Shown piece by piece: positions 1 to 12,000 of a stretch of DNA of 64,000 nt. A model generated the notes under the pieces. The model was not told the origin of the DNA. It ran no database searches and was given only the letters and a program-made list of their open reading frames with translations. This stretch comes from Chloroflexota bacterium (lineage in GTDB: Bacteria > Chloroflexota > Dormibacteria > Dormibacterales > Dormibacteraceae). The translations under genes were made by a program, and so were the position numbers. Position 1 is the first letter of the stretch. Every line of letters starts with the position of its first letter. Location of the stretch: the NCBI GenBank assembly GCA_005887685.1, contig VBHJ01000015.1, positions 2,540 to 66,539 of the forward strand. Direction: 5' to 3'.

Positions 1-1
1 C

Positions 2-3000
2 GGCACCCCGGTCCAGACCCTCGTGCAGGAGAAGGGCATCCCCGAGTTCGGCGTCCAGATGTACGGCAAGCAGAAGGTGGATCTCCAGGGCAACCTGCTC
101 TACCTCGACGCCCAGGACAACGAGACGACGACCATCACGGCGGTGCCGGCGATCGAGCAGGTCAAGTACGGCACCGCGGGCGGGCAGGCGCTCTGGTTCG
201 ACGCGACCGGGCACCTGGTCTTCGATTCGTCATCCGGCCTCGCGGTGATCCTGACCGCCAAGTCCGGCGACCTGGGTGCTGTGCCCGTGTACGTCACGCC
301 GAGCTTCGCCAAGGTCTTCGCGCAGCTCGGCCCGAACGTGCTGACCAATGGCAACTTCGCCCAGCTCGTGCCGTTCAACAGCACCGCCGGCGGCTGGACA
401 ACTGCGAACCTCGGGACCGGCGGCGGCTGGATCGGCGGCAGCAGACGCTTCTTCACCCCCAGCAGGGTCTTGCTGCTCGGGACAGGGAACACAAACGCCC
501 CGCCGACCCTGTCGCAGCAGCTGGCCAACCTGGCTCCAGGCGCCATCTACCAGCTGAGCTTCCAGCTGTACCCGTACGGCACGCTGGCCAACACCGACAC
601 GACGAAGTCGTTCGGCGCCTTCTTCATCACCGCCGGGTCAAACGGACAGCCGGCCCAGCAGACGATCACTGGCGCCCAGGTCAGCCGGAGCGACTTCTCC
701 ACCCAGAGCTGGACGACTTTCACCGGCACGTTCGAGGCCAACGCGACGTCAGGCATCCTGTCGCTGCAGGCGGAGCTGAACGGCGACCTGAAGGACTACT
801 ACATAAGGAATGTCGTCCTCCAGGCGACCAACACGCGCAGCTACGCGACCGACTTCGCCGCCGGTAGTGACCTGTTCATCGATCACTCCGGCCGCAAGAC
901 GACCGAGCCCAGTGGCGGCAAACCGTCCCTGTTCCCGGTCAACGACACGGAGCTGATCTCATTTGTGCGCGTCGCCGACGTGGTCCAGCCGACGACGCCA
1001 AGCCACGTCACGCTCGACATCGTCAACAAGACGGCCGTCAACACGAACGTCACGCTCGGCACGTACCGCGTGGCCGACAGCCAGCTCAGCGACGGCCAGC
1101 CTGTGCTGCATGGAACCGGGATGGCCGGCTACTACCTCAACCCGGCCCAGAAGCTCTACTTCGGCGGCGAGCCGGTGATCGACCCGCTGACGAAGGGGCC
1201 GATGTACTACTCGGCCGGCGAGCCGGTGCGCGACCTGTTCACCGGTGCGGACCTGAAGGATCCGTTCAACAACACGCTGCTGCACACATGCGATCCGACC
1301 ATGAACACATGCAATGCGGCCGCGCCCACGTGCAACTTGACGCCGCCGCTACCGCCCGCCCCGCCGAAACCGTGCGATCCGATGCTGCACATCGCGGGCG
1401 AGAACGTGGTCCACCTGCGCGGCGACAACCTGCTCTTCTACGGCGGCGAGCAGGTGGTCGACGAGAACGGCAACCAGGTCTACTCAGGCAGCGCCCCCTT
1501 CCAGTACGTCGCGGGCCAGCCGCAGATCTCCAACCGGCGCCAGCAGGCCTACGGCCTGGTCACGAACACCGCAAGCGTCGTGGCGTTCGACGCCACGAAC
1601 TTCACGCCGCCCACAGCGAATCTATCGAGCATCACGTCCGCGACCACGCTCGATGTGGGCGTGCTCACCGGCGGCTACACCCTGACCGCGACCGACCAGG
1701 TGATCATCACGGTCTACGACCGCACCAAGATCTACAACCTTGCGTGCCCGGTGGCGACGTGCGAGGACGTCGCCGGCAACCGCATCCTGCTCGGCGCGGT
1801 GGCCCCGGCCATCGGGCACGCCATCGCAGTGAAGCTGCAGATCGTGGTCGCGATGAAGCACACCGCGACCGACAGGCAGCAGTACTACGGCGATGAGGCC
1901 GTCCAGCTGGGTCAGCCGATCCTGGACGTGAGCGGTGGTCTTCAGCTGGACAGCGGCAAGAACGTGATCACGTACAGCGCATCGCAGCTCACCGAGGTCA
2001 AGCGGGAGAGCTTCTTCTTCACCACGGCCGGGCAGACCATCAACCTGAACACCACGCCGGCGTCCGCAGTGCAGATCGTGATCGGAACCGGGCTGGAAGC
2101 CGTGACGCTGACGGTGTCCGATTACACGCTCGCCGGCACGACGCTGACGCTGACTCCGACCGAGCCGGCGGTGAAGAGGGGCCAGCACATCGCGATCAGC
2201 TACATCGGCCCCGTGCTCCACGGCCGAGGCGACCCGATCTACACCTTCGACGCCGCGACCAGCACGTGGGTAGTCGCGAAGTACGCGGGCGGCGAGCCAG
2301 TGCTGACGCTGGGAAGCGAGCCGGTGCTGTACAGCGGCGGCCAGAACGCCTTCTACTCGACGGCCGACCCGATCCAGCCGCAGCCCGGCGCGCTCGAGTA
2401 CCGCGTGCAGGTCGACGGCGTGCCGGGCGACATCCTCTACTCGGGCGTCGACACGGTCGACCTGACGCTCGGCGGCGGATCGAACCTCGTCACCGTGGTA
2501 ACGACCCACACCGGCAGCACCAACATCTGGACGGGATCAGGCGCGGACAAGGTGGCGGTGCGGGAGATCAACGGGCCGACCACGATCTGCACCGGCGACC
2601 AGGCCAGCCTCAACACCGGCTGCACCGGTGGCAACCTCACCAACCCCGACCCCATCTTCGTGGGGAGCGAGGCCGGCCAGTGGCCGACCGGATTCTGGAA
2701 CGTGCTTGGCAACGCCGAGGCGATCAAGGCGTCGCTCACCGTCCACGGCGGCGGCGGACTCGACTCCGTTTGGGTGGATGACACCAAGGATCCGAACCCC
2801 CGCACCGGCGACCTGACGAACACCCTCCTGAGCGGCGTCTTCGGCCTTGGAGGAACGCTGACCTACACGAACCTCTCGGCGCTGAACGTCAACCTCAGCG
2901 ACCTCGGCAACACGTTCAACATCCACAGCACTCACGGCAGCGCCTCGCCCGACCCGATCAGGACGACGAACGTAAACGTCGGCGCCGGCATCGACACGGT

Positions 3001-6000
3001 TAACGTCGAGACGATCTCCGGACCGACCAACGTGACCATCGGCTCGGTGACGAACGTGGTGCGCGTGGGCAGCACGACGACGGCGACAGATCCCGCGCTG
3101 TATGCGGGCAGCACGCTGGACCACATCTCGTACGGCTACCTGTCGATCGCCGGCGGCATGAACACGACGGCGCTGTACACGTTCGACTCAGGGCCGACGC
3201 TTCAGACGCAGAAGACTGGAACGCTGAGCTCGACGAGCCTGGTCGGGTTCGGTATGACGTTCGGCATTCAGTACAACAACGCCGTGAACACGATCTCCAT
3301 GAGCCTCAGCAATGTCAACAACAGGCTCGTCATCGACTCCACCCTTCCTGGCACCGTGCTGTCTGTCTTCGGCGGGCACCGCGACCCGGTGGTCAATCAC
3401 TTCGATGACGTCGTCATCATCCGCTCGGTCGGCGGGCCAACCACCATCACGGGGGGTAAGGGCAACGACCACATCCTCGTCAACTACACCGCGGCCGGCG
3501 ACCAGACGTTCCTCAACGGCCTGAACGGACCCCTGACCTTGATCGGCGCCAACGGCAGCAACCGCTACGACATCGGCCTGTCCGGCATGGCTTCACCGAC
3601 CGGCGCGAACGTGACGCTGATCGACGTCAAGAGCGGCATGATCGAGCTTGGCGACGTCAACCAGCTCAACATCTACGGCAGCGCCAACCCGGTCTTCTTC
3701 ATGCTTCGCGCGAATCGGGCCGTCAACCCGAAGACGGCGATGGTGGGGGCCTTCCGCGAGGACGCCAACCACAAGCCGATCCTCAACGGCGTGATGGAGC
3801 GCGTGAACTACGACGAGGGCATCAATGGCGGCCTCACGGTTTACGGACAGGACGGAGGCAACACGTTCGTCCTCGACGACAACCTGGCGCCGACGACGAT
3901 CTTCGGTGGCAACGGCGACAACAACTTCCAGGTCGGCCAGGTGTTCAAGTCGCCTCGGGACGGCACGAACCCGAACAGCGGACTCGCCGCGAAGGACTTC
4001 TTCCAGACCACGCAGGTCACGCAGGGCTTCCTGAGCAACGGCATCAGCGCCCCGACCACGCTGTACGGCGGCGACGGCGACGACAGCTTCACCGTCTATC
4101 ACAACCTGGCCGAGCTCTGGCTGTACGGCCAGGCGGGCAACAACACGTTCACGATCCGCTCCTTCGTGCGGGTCAACCCGAAAGACCCCAAGGCCCCGGT
4201 GACCAACATCAACGGCGGCACGGGCAACAGCTTCATCAGCTACACCGTCGACGCACCGGTCCGGATCGACGGCGGTGAGGGCTTCGCGACCCTGGTCGTG
4301 CTGGGCACCGACTACGGCGACGACTACTACATCACCGACAAGGGCATCTTCGGAGCCGGCCTGTTCGTGACGTTCGTGCGGGTCCAGCGCGTGGTGGTCG
4401 ACGGACAGGCGGGCAACGACCGCTTCTTCGTCGAGAGCACCAGCCCGGGCGTCGAGCTCGAGCTCGTGGGCAGCAAGGGCAGCGACACCTTCAACGTGGG
4501 CGGCGGCAACAACGGCAAACCGATCACGGTCGTCAGCAACAGCCTGGAAGGCCACAGCGGCCTGATCGCGAACCTCATCCAGAGCGCCGACTCCGCGTAC
4601 AACAACCTCCAGGCGCCGTGGATCTCGGCCCACGTCTACGACAGCGAGGCGCCGGGCGTTGTCATCAGCCAGCAGGCGCCCCTGATGGTGTTCGCGCAGA
4701 CGACGCCTCCGGCGGGCGCCAGCCTGACGGTCGACACCTACACCGTGGTGCTCACCCAGCGGCCGGCGCAGGACGTCATCGTCAGCGCCGCGGCCACCCC
4801 GCCGAACGCGCGCCTGCAGCGCGCGGGCGCCAAGAGCATTCAGCTCTGCACCCTGAATCCCAGCCCACCCGACCCGCTCAACCCGTGGACATGCCAGGAC
4901 GGCGGGACCACGCTGCTCTTCTCACCGGGCAACTGGTACAAGCCGCAGACGGTGCGGATCGTGGCCCGGCCGGACGCGGTCGCGCAGGGCAACCACTTCA
5001 TCGACATCCTGCACACGGTCCAGGAGGGAACAAGCGGCAACGGCGGTCAGCCGTATGACGGCCTCCCGGTCGATGGGTTGGCGGTCGAGGTTGTCGATCC
5101 GAACACGGCGTCGGTCGTGCTCACACCGTACGACCTGACCGGCAAGCGGGGCAACGGCGTGGAGAACGGGCTCCTGGTCGCCGAGAACCCGCAGGGCGAC
5201 CTGCCGGCGACCGACTCGTACGCGGTTTCCTTGAGCAAGGCGCCTCTCAACAACCTGGTCGTCGAGGCGCAGGCCGACGCCGGCTCGGAGATCTGCAGCG
5301 GAACCTGTGTCTGGAACGCATCCACCGGTTGGGGCTCCACGGTCGACCTCACCTTCACGACCACCAACTGGAGCGCCGTCCAGTTCGTGAAGATCCGCGC
5401 GGTAAACGACGGCCAGAAGCGCGGCCTGCACTTCTCCCGGATCACCAACGCGATCACCACCAGCACCGGCGACTTCCTTGGCCTCAAGCCGGGTGACGTC
5501 GCCGCCGGGCTCGCCGCCGCGGTCAATGGCGACCCGGCCGGCCGGTTCAACGCGTGCACGGGCACCTTCCAGCCCGACGGAAGCTGCCTGGCAGGCACAA
5601 CGCAGACCTTGCTGAGCATCACCGGCCCGGCCTTCACCGCCGTCTCGACGGCTGGCGCCTCAGGCTCCAGCGCGATCGACACCAGCGCCTCGACCAAGGC
5701 CTTTGCGGGCTCGGTCACCGCCACGGTGGGCGGCAACGTCCTGGGCGGCGATAGGTGGACGATCACCCTGGACGGGAGCTCGTATACCTTCATCTCGACG
5801 TCCACCGACGCTGCCGACACGGCCAACGGACTGATCGGCCTGGTCAACGGAAGCGGTGTCTTCCAGGCGACGGCGGCGGGGACGCACGCGTTCACCGTCG
5901 CCAAGGCGAGCGGCGAGCCGTTCGCCGCCACCTTCACGTCCAGCAACTCGGGCGGCGCTCCGCTCCTGACCGGTGACCTGGCGACCGCGGTGATCATCAA

Positions 6001-9000
6001 CAACGGACCGCCCACCGATTGGTACGCCACGCTCGTCTATGACGTGAGCCTCAACCTCGGGGCCACGGTGCCGTCCGGCGAGCAGTGGTCGCTGAAGTTG
6101 AACCGCACCAACGACCCGAACACGGCGGTGAAGTACACGTGGTTCGCGGGCCGGCACTCGTTCACCAAGCTGAACCCCTTCGACGTCAACGTGACGGACG
6201 CGAACTCCGGAGGCGTGCTGGTGTTGCAGCCCACGGGTTCGACCAGCGTGATCGAGCCGACCCAGACTGTGATCCTGGGCGACGGGTCCGTGCGGCTGAC
6301 ACAGTTCCCGGCCGGTTGCTTGAACGGTCAGCAGCTCTCCTGCTTCTACGGTGACTTCGGGACGTCCGAGGTGAACTCGCTCAAGTACCACGGCAGCTTC
6401 GGAACCGCGCAGGACCTCGATGCCGCGAGCTGGGGCATGGCGAACAACTCGGACATCGCAAACTCGACGACCGTCGAGCACCTGACCGTGCACGGGACCG
6501 GGACCGGGAACATCGATTACTACAAGTTCAACATCACCGCCGCCGAGGTCGCCGCGATGGCTCTGCAGCCCGCGACCTTCGGCATGACGCACGGGTTCCA
6601 GTTCGGTGACTCGGTCGTCTGGGCCAGCAAGCTGCGGCTGTACGACCACAACTTCAACCTCCTGGCCCAGGGCCCCGGCTTCTCCAACCCCAACGACCAG
6701 AGCAAGGGCACGGGCAGGAGCACGTGGCTGAACGACTACCTGACCTACACGTTCACGAGCGCGAACGACTACTACCTCGTGGTCGCCGGCTGGCTGTTCA
6801 CGAGCACCGTGCCAAGCGGCGCTCACTACGACCTGCAGGTGTCGATTCCGAGACACCCGACGGCGAACCTCATCTTTGCGCCGGTCGCGGTGCCCAAGAC
6901 CGGTGTGACTCCGCAGCCCATCGACGGCGGGACCATCGGCGGTAATGACTTCTACCGCCTGTTCAACGCCTTGGCCGGCGACGCCGAGCTCGGCGGCACG
7001 ATCAACTGGCAGACGCCGTTCGCGACCATCACCGGCACGAGCGACGGCTCGAACTTCGAGGTCTACTCGTTCACGATCGCGCAGGACATGCTCGACCCGC
7101 AGGCGACGACCGGGGTCACGACCGGTTCCATCCTGGCGACGGGTACCTTCTACACCAGCGCGACCCTGAAGCTCGACGGCAGGGTCTCCGCCAATGACGT
7201 GTGGCACCTGGGCGTCCGCAACCACGACTACACCTTCAACGCCAACGCCACAGACACCCTGGCCTCTGTGGCCGCCGGCCTCGGCAACCAGCTGCCCGCA
7301 CCGTTCACGACCGAGGTCGTCACGGATAACACCGGCACCTACCTCACGATCGCGAACCCGAACGGCTTCCAGCTCGCCGGCCAGACCTACAACGGCTTTG
7401 CGCAGCTCGCCAACAACGCCGCCACGGTGACGCGCTCGACGACCGTGATGCAGGCTGACGGCACGACCCCGGTGACATTCACCGCGGCCGAATTGACGCT
7501 GACCGGCGCTCCTGCCGCGGGCGAGACCTGGACGTTGACCGTCGGCGGCACCGCGCACCAGTACATGACCCAGTACGGGGACTCGCTCCACACGATCGCG
7601 TCCGCGCTTGCGACGGCATTCGGCCTCACTGCAGCCCTCAACACCATCTCGTTCGCGAGCCTGAGCACGGCGACGATCTCAGTCTCGATTTCCGGTAGCT
7701 CGCCGAGCGGCGCGGCGACCATCTCCGGCACGCCGGCGCAGTCGATGGCCTCCAGCATCTCGTGGACGGACGCGAAGGTAGCGATTCCCGCCTCCATCAC
7801 GCTGCGGCCCGGAGACCAGTGGGCCATCGAGCTGCTGGGCCCGTCGTCGCTCAAGACGCCGCCTCACACGGTGACGAGCACCGACACCGCAACGACCGTG
7901 GCGGCCGCCCTCGCCGCCGGCTTCGGCTCAGCCACCGGCTACACGATCAGCGCCAGCGGTGACACGCTGGACATCAGCCGCGCCGCCGCATTCAGGGTCG
8001 TAGTCACCGTCACGCCGGCGGGCGGCGCCGCCGATGGGACTGCACACTCTCACACCGTCACGTTTGCGCCCGCGGGCGAAGCGGGGACCTGGACGCTGAG
8101 CGTTGCCGATGCGATCACCTCGGCAGCAATCGGGACCGCGACCTTCCACGCGAGCGGGAGCAGCACTGCGTACGACATCGCGACGGGCCTGTTCAACGTC
8201 GGCGGTGTCCACGCCACAAACCTGGGCACCGCCCTGCTCCTCACCAGGCTCGCCCCCGCCGGCGACTTCACCGCCACCGTCACGCTCACCCCGGACGGCC
8301 AGATCTCCGCGGCCGCAACCAGCGCCTGGAGGGTGACGATCCCGACGGTGACGAGCGGCGATTCGTTCTCGCTCAGCGTCAACGGCACCGCCTACGTAAG
8401 CACCGCCGCCTCGAACACGGCCGTCGCAGCCGGGCTCGCGGCCGACCTGGCCGCTGACACCCAGCTGCTGGCCAGCTCGAGCGGGGCGGTCGTGACCATA
8501 GTCGCGCTCGCGTCGGGCATCGCCGATCCGACCCTGTCGAAGAACGGCACCCAGCTCACCAGCCCGAACCCAGTGGCATCCGCGCCGGCTCAGCTGTTGA
8601 CGCTCAGCGCCCCGGTCGTGGCGGGCGAGACGTGGAAAGTGACGGTCGGCGCGACCGCGGTCCAGTACGTCGCCCTGGGCGGAAGCACGTTGAGCGACAT
8701 CGCAAGCAACCTCGCCTCAAGCCTGCGCACCGATGGTGTCACGGCCCTGGCGGCCGGAGCGCAGCTCGGCCTGCTTCCCAGCGGCGGCACCGTGACGACC
8801 GCTGTGATCGCCGCCACGGCGATGCCGGTGGCCGCGACCTCGACCACCAACACGGAGACGCTCACCGGGCCGGCCTACACCGGCGACACCTGGACTTTGA
8901 GCTTTGCCGGCTCGACCACCACCTACCCGATCACCGCCACCCCGGCCGACATGACCAGCCTGGCGTCGGCCATCGCTGGGCAGGTGGCGCCGGTCACGGG

Positions 9001-12000
9001 TTACTCGGTCTTCGCCTCAGCCTCGACCATCTACATGACCAGCGTCGCCGGTGGCAGCTTCACCAGCTCGGTCACCGTCGCGCGCGACCCGAGCGCGTCC
9101 AGGGCCACGGTAAGCGGCACACCGCACCTGGGCTGGGTCGAGAAGATCTCACTTCTGCCGGCCGGATCGAACCCGGTTCAGACCGGCGACCGGTGGACCG
9201 TCTCAGTCAACGACGGCAGCCTCGGGTTCCTGGCAACTACGACCGCGTCGGCCAGCCAGTCGATCGCGGACATCGTCGCCGCCCTCGCGCCCCAGCTGTC
9301 GAACTTCAACGCTTCGGGGTCGACGGGAGACCTCGTCCTCTACGCGACCGACGGTTCGCCGCTCACGATCGCCCCGGTCACCCAGTTCCGGCCGAAGGCC
9401 GACCTGTTCAGTGCCGCCGACACGACCACGTTCACTGAAGACGTCCGGCCCCACTACTACAAGTCGGTGTTCACGCTCTTCGGCAACGACTCCACCGGAG
9501 GGTGGTCCGCGGGTGAGGTCTGGACGGTGACCGTCGACGGCAAGCCGTACACGTACACGGTGCCGTCGACCACCGCGCCTGCCGACCGCACCCTGCAGAC
9601 GATCGCCGCCGGGCTGGTCGCGGCGATCAATGCCACCACCGACCCGATCACCGCCTCAGTCGCGTCGAACAGCCCCACCATCACGATCGCCGACAAGGAC
9701 GTCGCGACCGGCGGCACCGATCCATTCGTCCAGGTGATCAAGCGCGGCGGCGGCCACGTCACGGGCGTCTTCAATGCGGCCGGCGTCGGCGACGTCAGCG
9801 GGAAGGTGGAGGTCTCGACCGTGCCTCCGCAGTACCAGTGGCTGATCAACCTGTTCCCGTTCTTCAGGTTCTACTTCGCCAACGACACGCTCTCCTTCAC
9901 CTCGGTGCCGGTGCTGCAGCTGCTCGACAGCAATGGCACGGTCCTGGCGACCAACGTATGTGCGCCGACCGGCACCACCTCGACCGGGCGCTACTGCTCC
10001 ACGAACGCCATCCCCGGACCCGGGTCTACGCCGGACCCAGTCCTCCGGTACACGTTCAACGCCCCGGGCATCTACCAGGTCCGGGTTGGCTCGCTGCGGA
10101 AGTGGAAGGACCAGACGGACACCCTGCACCTGGCCAACAACTTCCGGAGCGACACCCCGCTGAGCGACGTCCTCGCCGGAACCGTCCTGCCAGACCCGCT
10201 TGCCGCGGGCCTCGCCTACACGCTCCTCGTCTCGCTGCAGCGCCACGCGACCAACCCGAACGAGATCTCGCTCAAGAACCAGAGCATCCAGATCATCTCC
10301 GGCCCGGGCGCGGGGAAGACGGCCACGATCAAGGACTACGATCCCGAGACCGGGCTGTTCACGCTGGCCGCTCCCACGCTCAGCGTCCCTGGCTGGGTCC
10401 TGCCGGCAGGCACCACCGAGGCGCAGGCCAAGTCGATCAGGTACGAGATCTCCGAGCCCATCACGACGGCCTCGCCCGACTACACGCAGTCCACCGACAG
10501 CTATGGAGTCCTGCTGACGAGCCAGCCGGCGCAGAACGTGACGGTCAACGTCGTCCCGCAGGCGACCCCGACGTATGACTCCTCGCAGGTGTTCAACGCA
10601 TCAGCCAACTTCGGGCTGAACGACACCGTTCAGGTCCGTGTCAAGACGCCGCAGGCGACGTTCCGGTTCGGAGGCGTCCCGGGCGCGGGCGAGGTCTGGA
10701 GCGTGGTGCTCAATGACACGCCCATCTCCTACACGGTCGCAACGGGCGACACCCTGGCGATGGTGGTCTCCAAGCTGGCGGGCAAGGTGGGCGGGGCCTT
10801 CGTGGCGACCATCAACGCCGCCGACCCCTACACGCTGGTCGTGACGTCTGCGAGCGCCTTCTACTCGAGCTTCCAGATCACGGGCATCGGGCCGGCCGGG
10901 GATACCGGTGGCACAGGGACCATTACAGGCAGCGGCGCCGGCGCAGTCGTCACGCTCGCGGACACGGCCGCGGTCAACGAAGTGTGGAAGTTGACGGTGG
11001 ACGGCACCGACTACGCCTACACGCTGAAGTCCACCGATACAGTGCAGACCGCCGGCGCTGCGCTGGCTGCGCTGCCTCCCTCCGGCACCTACTCGTCGGT
11101 GTTCGACCTCACCACGAGCACGATCACGGTGAGCCGTGTCGACACGCGGACGGTGTCGGCCTCCTTCTCAGTGTCGACCGAAGGGGCGCCGAAAGCGAAG
11201 GTCGCCGCGAGCAGCATCACGGTCGGCCTTGGCGGCGCTCCGGCTCAAGACGAGACCTGGACCTTGACCCTCGACGGCGTCGCGTACCTGTACAAGGTCC
11301 AGTTCCGCGACGACCTGGCCACCATTGCCGGCAAGCTCGCGACTCAGCTGCCGCTCCCGACCTATGACGTGTCCCTCTCGGGTCGGGTGATCACGATCGG
11401 CCGCGTTGATGGAGCCGCCGCCGCGGCGACGTTCGCGATCTCGCCCGACAGCAAGGGTGGCGCCTCGGTCTCGCCGCAGCTGGTCTTCACTCCGAGCAAC
11501 TGGAGCACCACCCAGTGGGTGACGGTCCAGGCGGTGCCGAACAACCTGGTCGATGGGCACGACGCGCTGGTCTTCCCGCCGATGGACAACCGCGTGAACC
11601 AGATCCGCGGCCCGATCACGATCAACGGCGGCATCGGCCCGAACCCGGAGCCGTTCCTGAACAACCCGCTGATGCTGCCGGGCGAGAAGAACCTGCCGAT
11701 TCCGGATGGCACCGTCACGGGAGCTGGCACGAACGCAGAGCTGGCCTCGATCATCGACCTGTACGCCACCCACGTCAGCGCCCAGCACGGCGAACGCCCG
11801 GGCTTCGACCCGCGCATGAACGACTCCACGTTCTCGAACCAGTTCCTGAACGGGTTCTTCGCCGGGCAGTCGTTCGACGTCAGCTCGGTCTCCAAGGACA
11901 TCCTGTCCTTCGCGAACACGACGCCCTTCGCGGTGGGCTTGCTGAAGAACTCCGTCGCGGCGACGACGTCCGACGTCCAGTTCGTCGGCACGCCCGACCA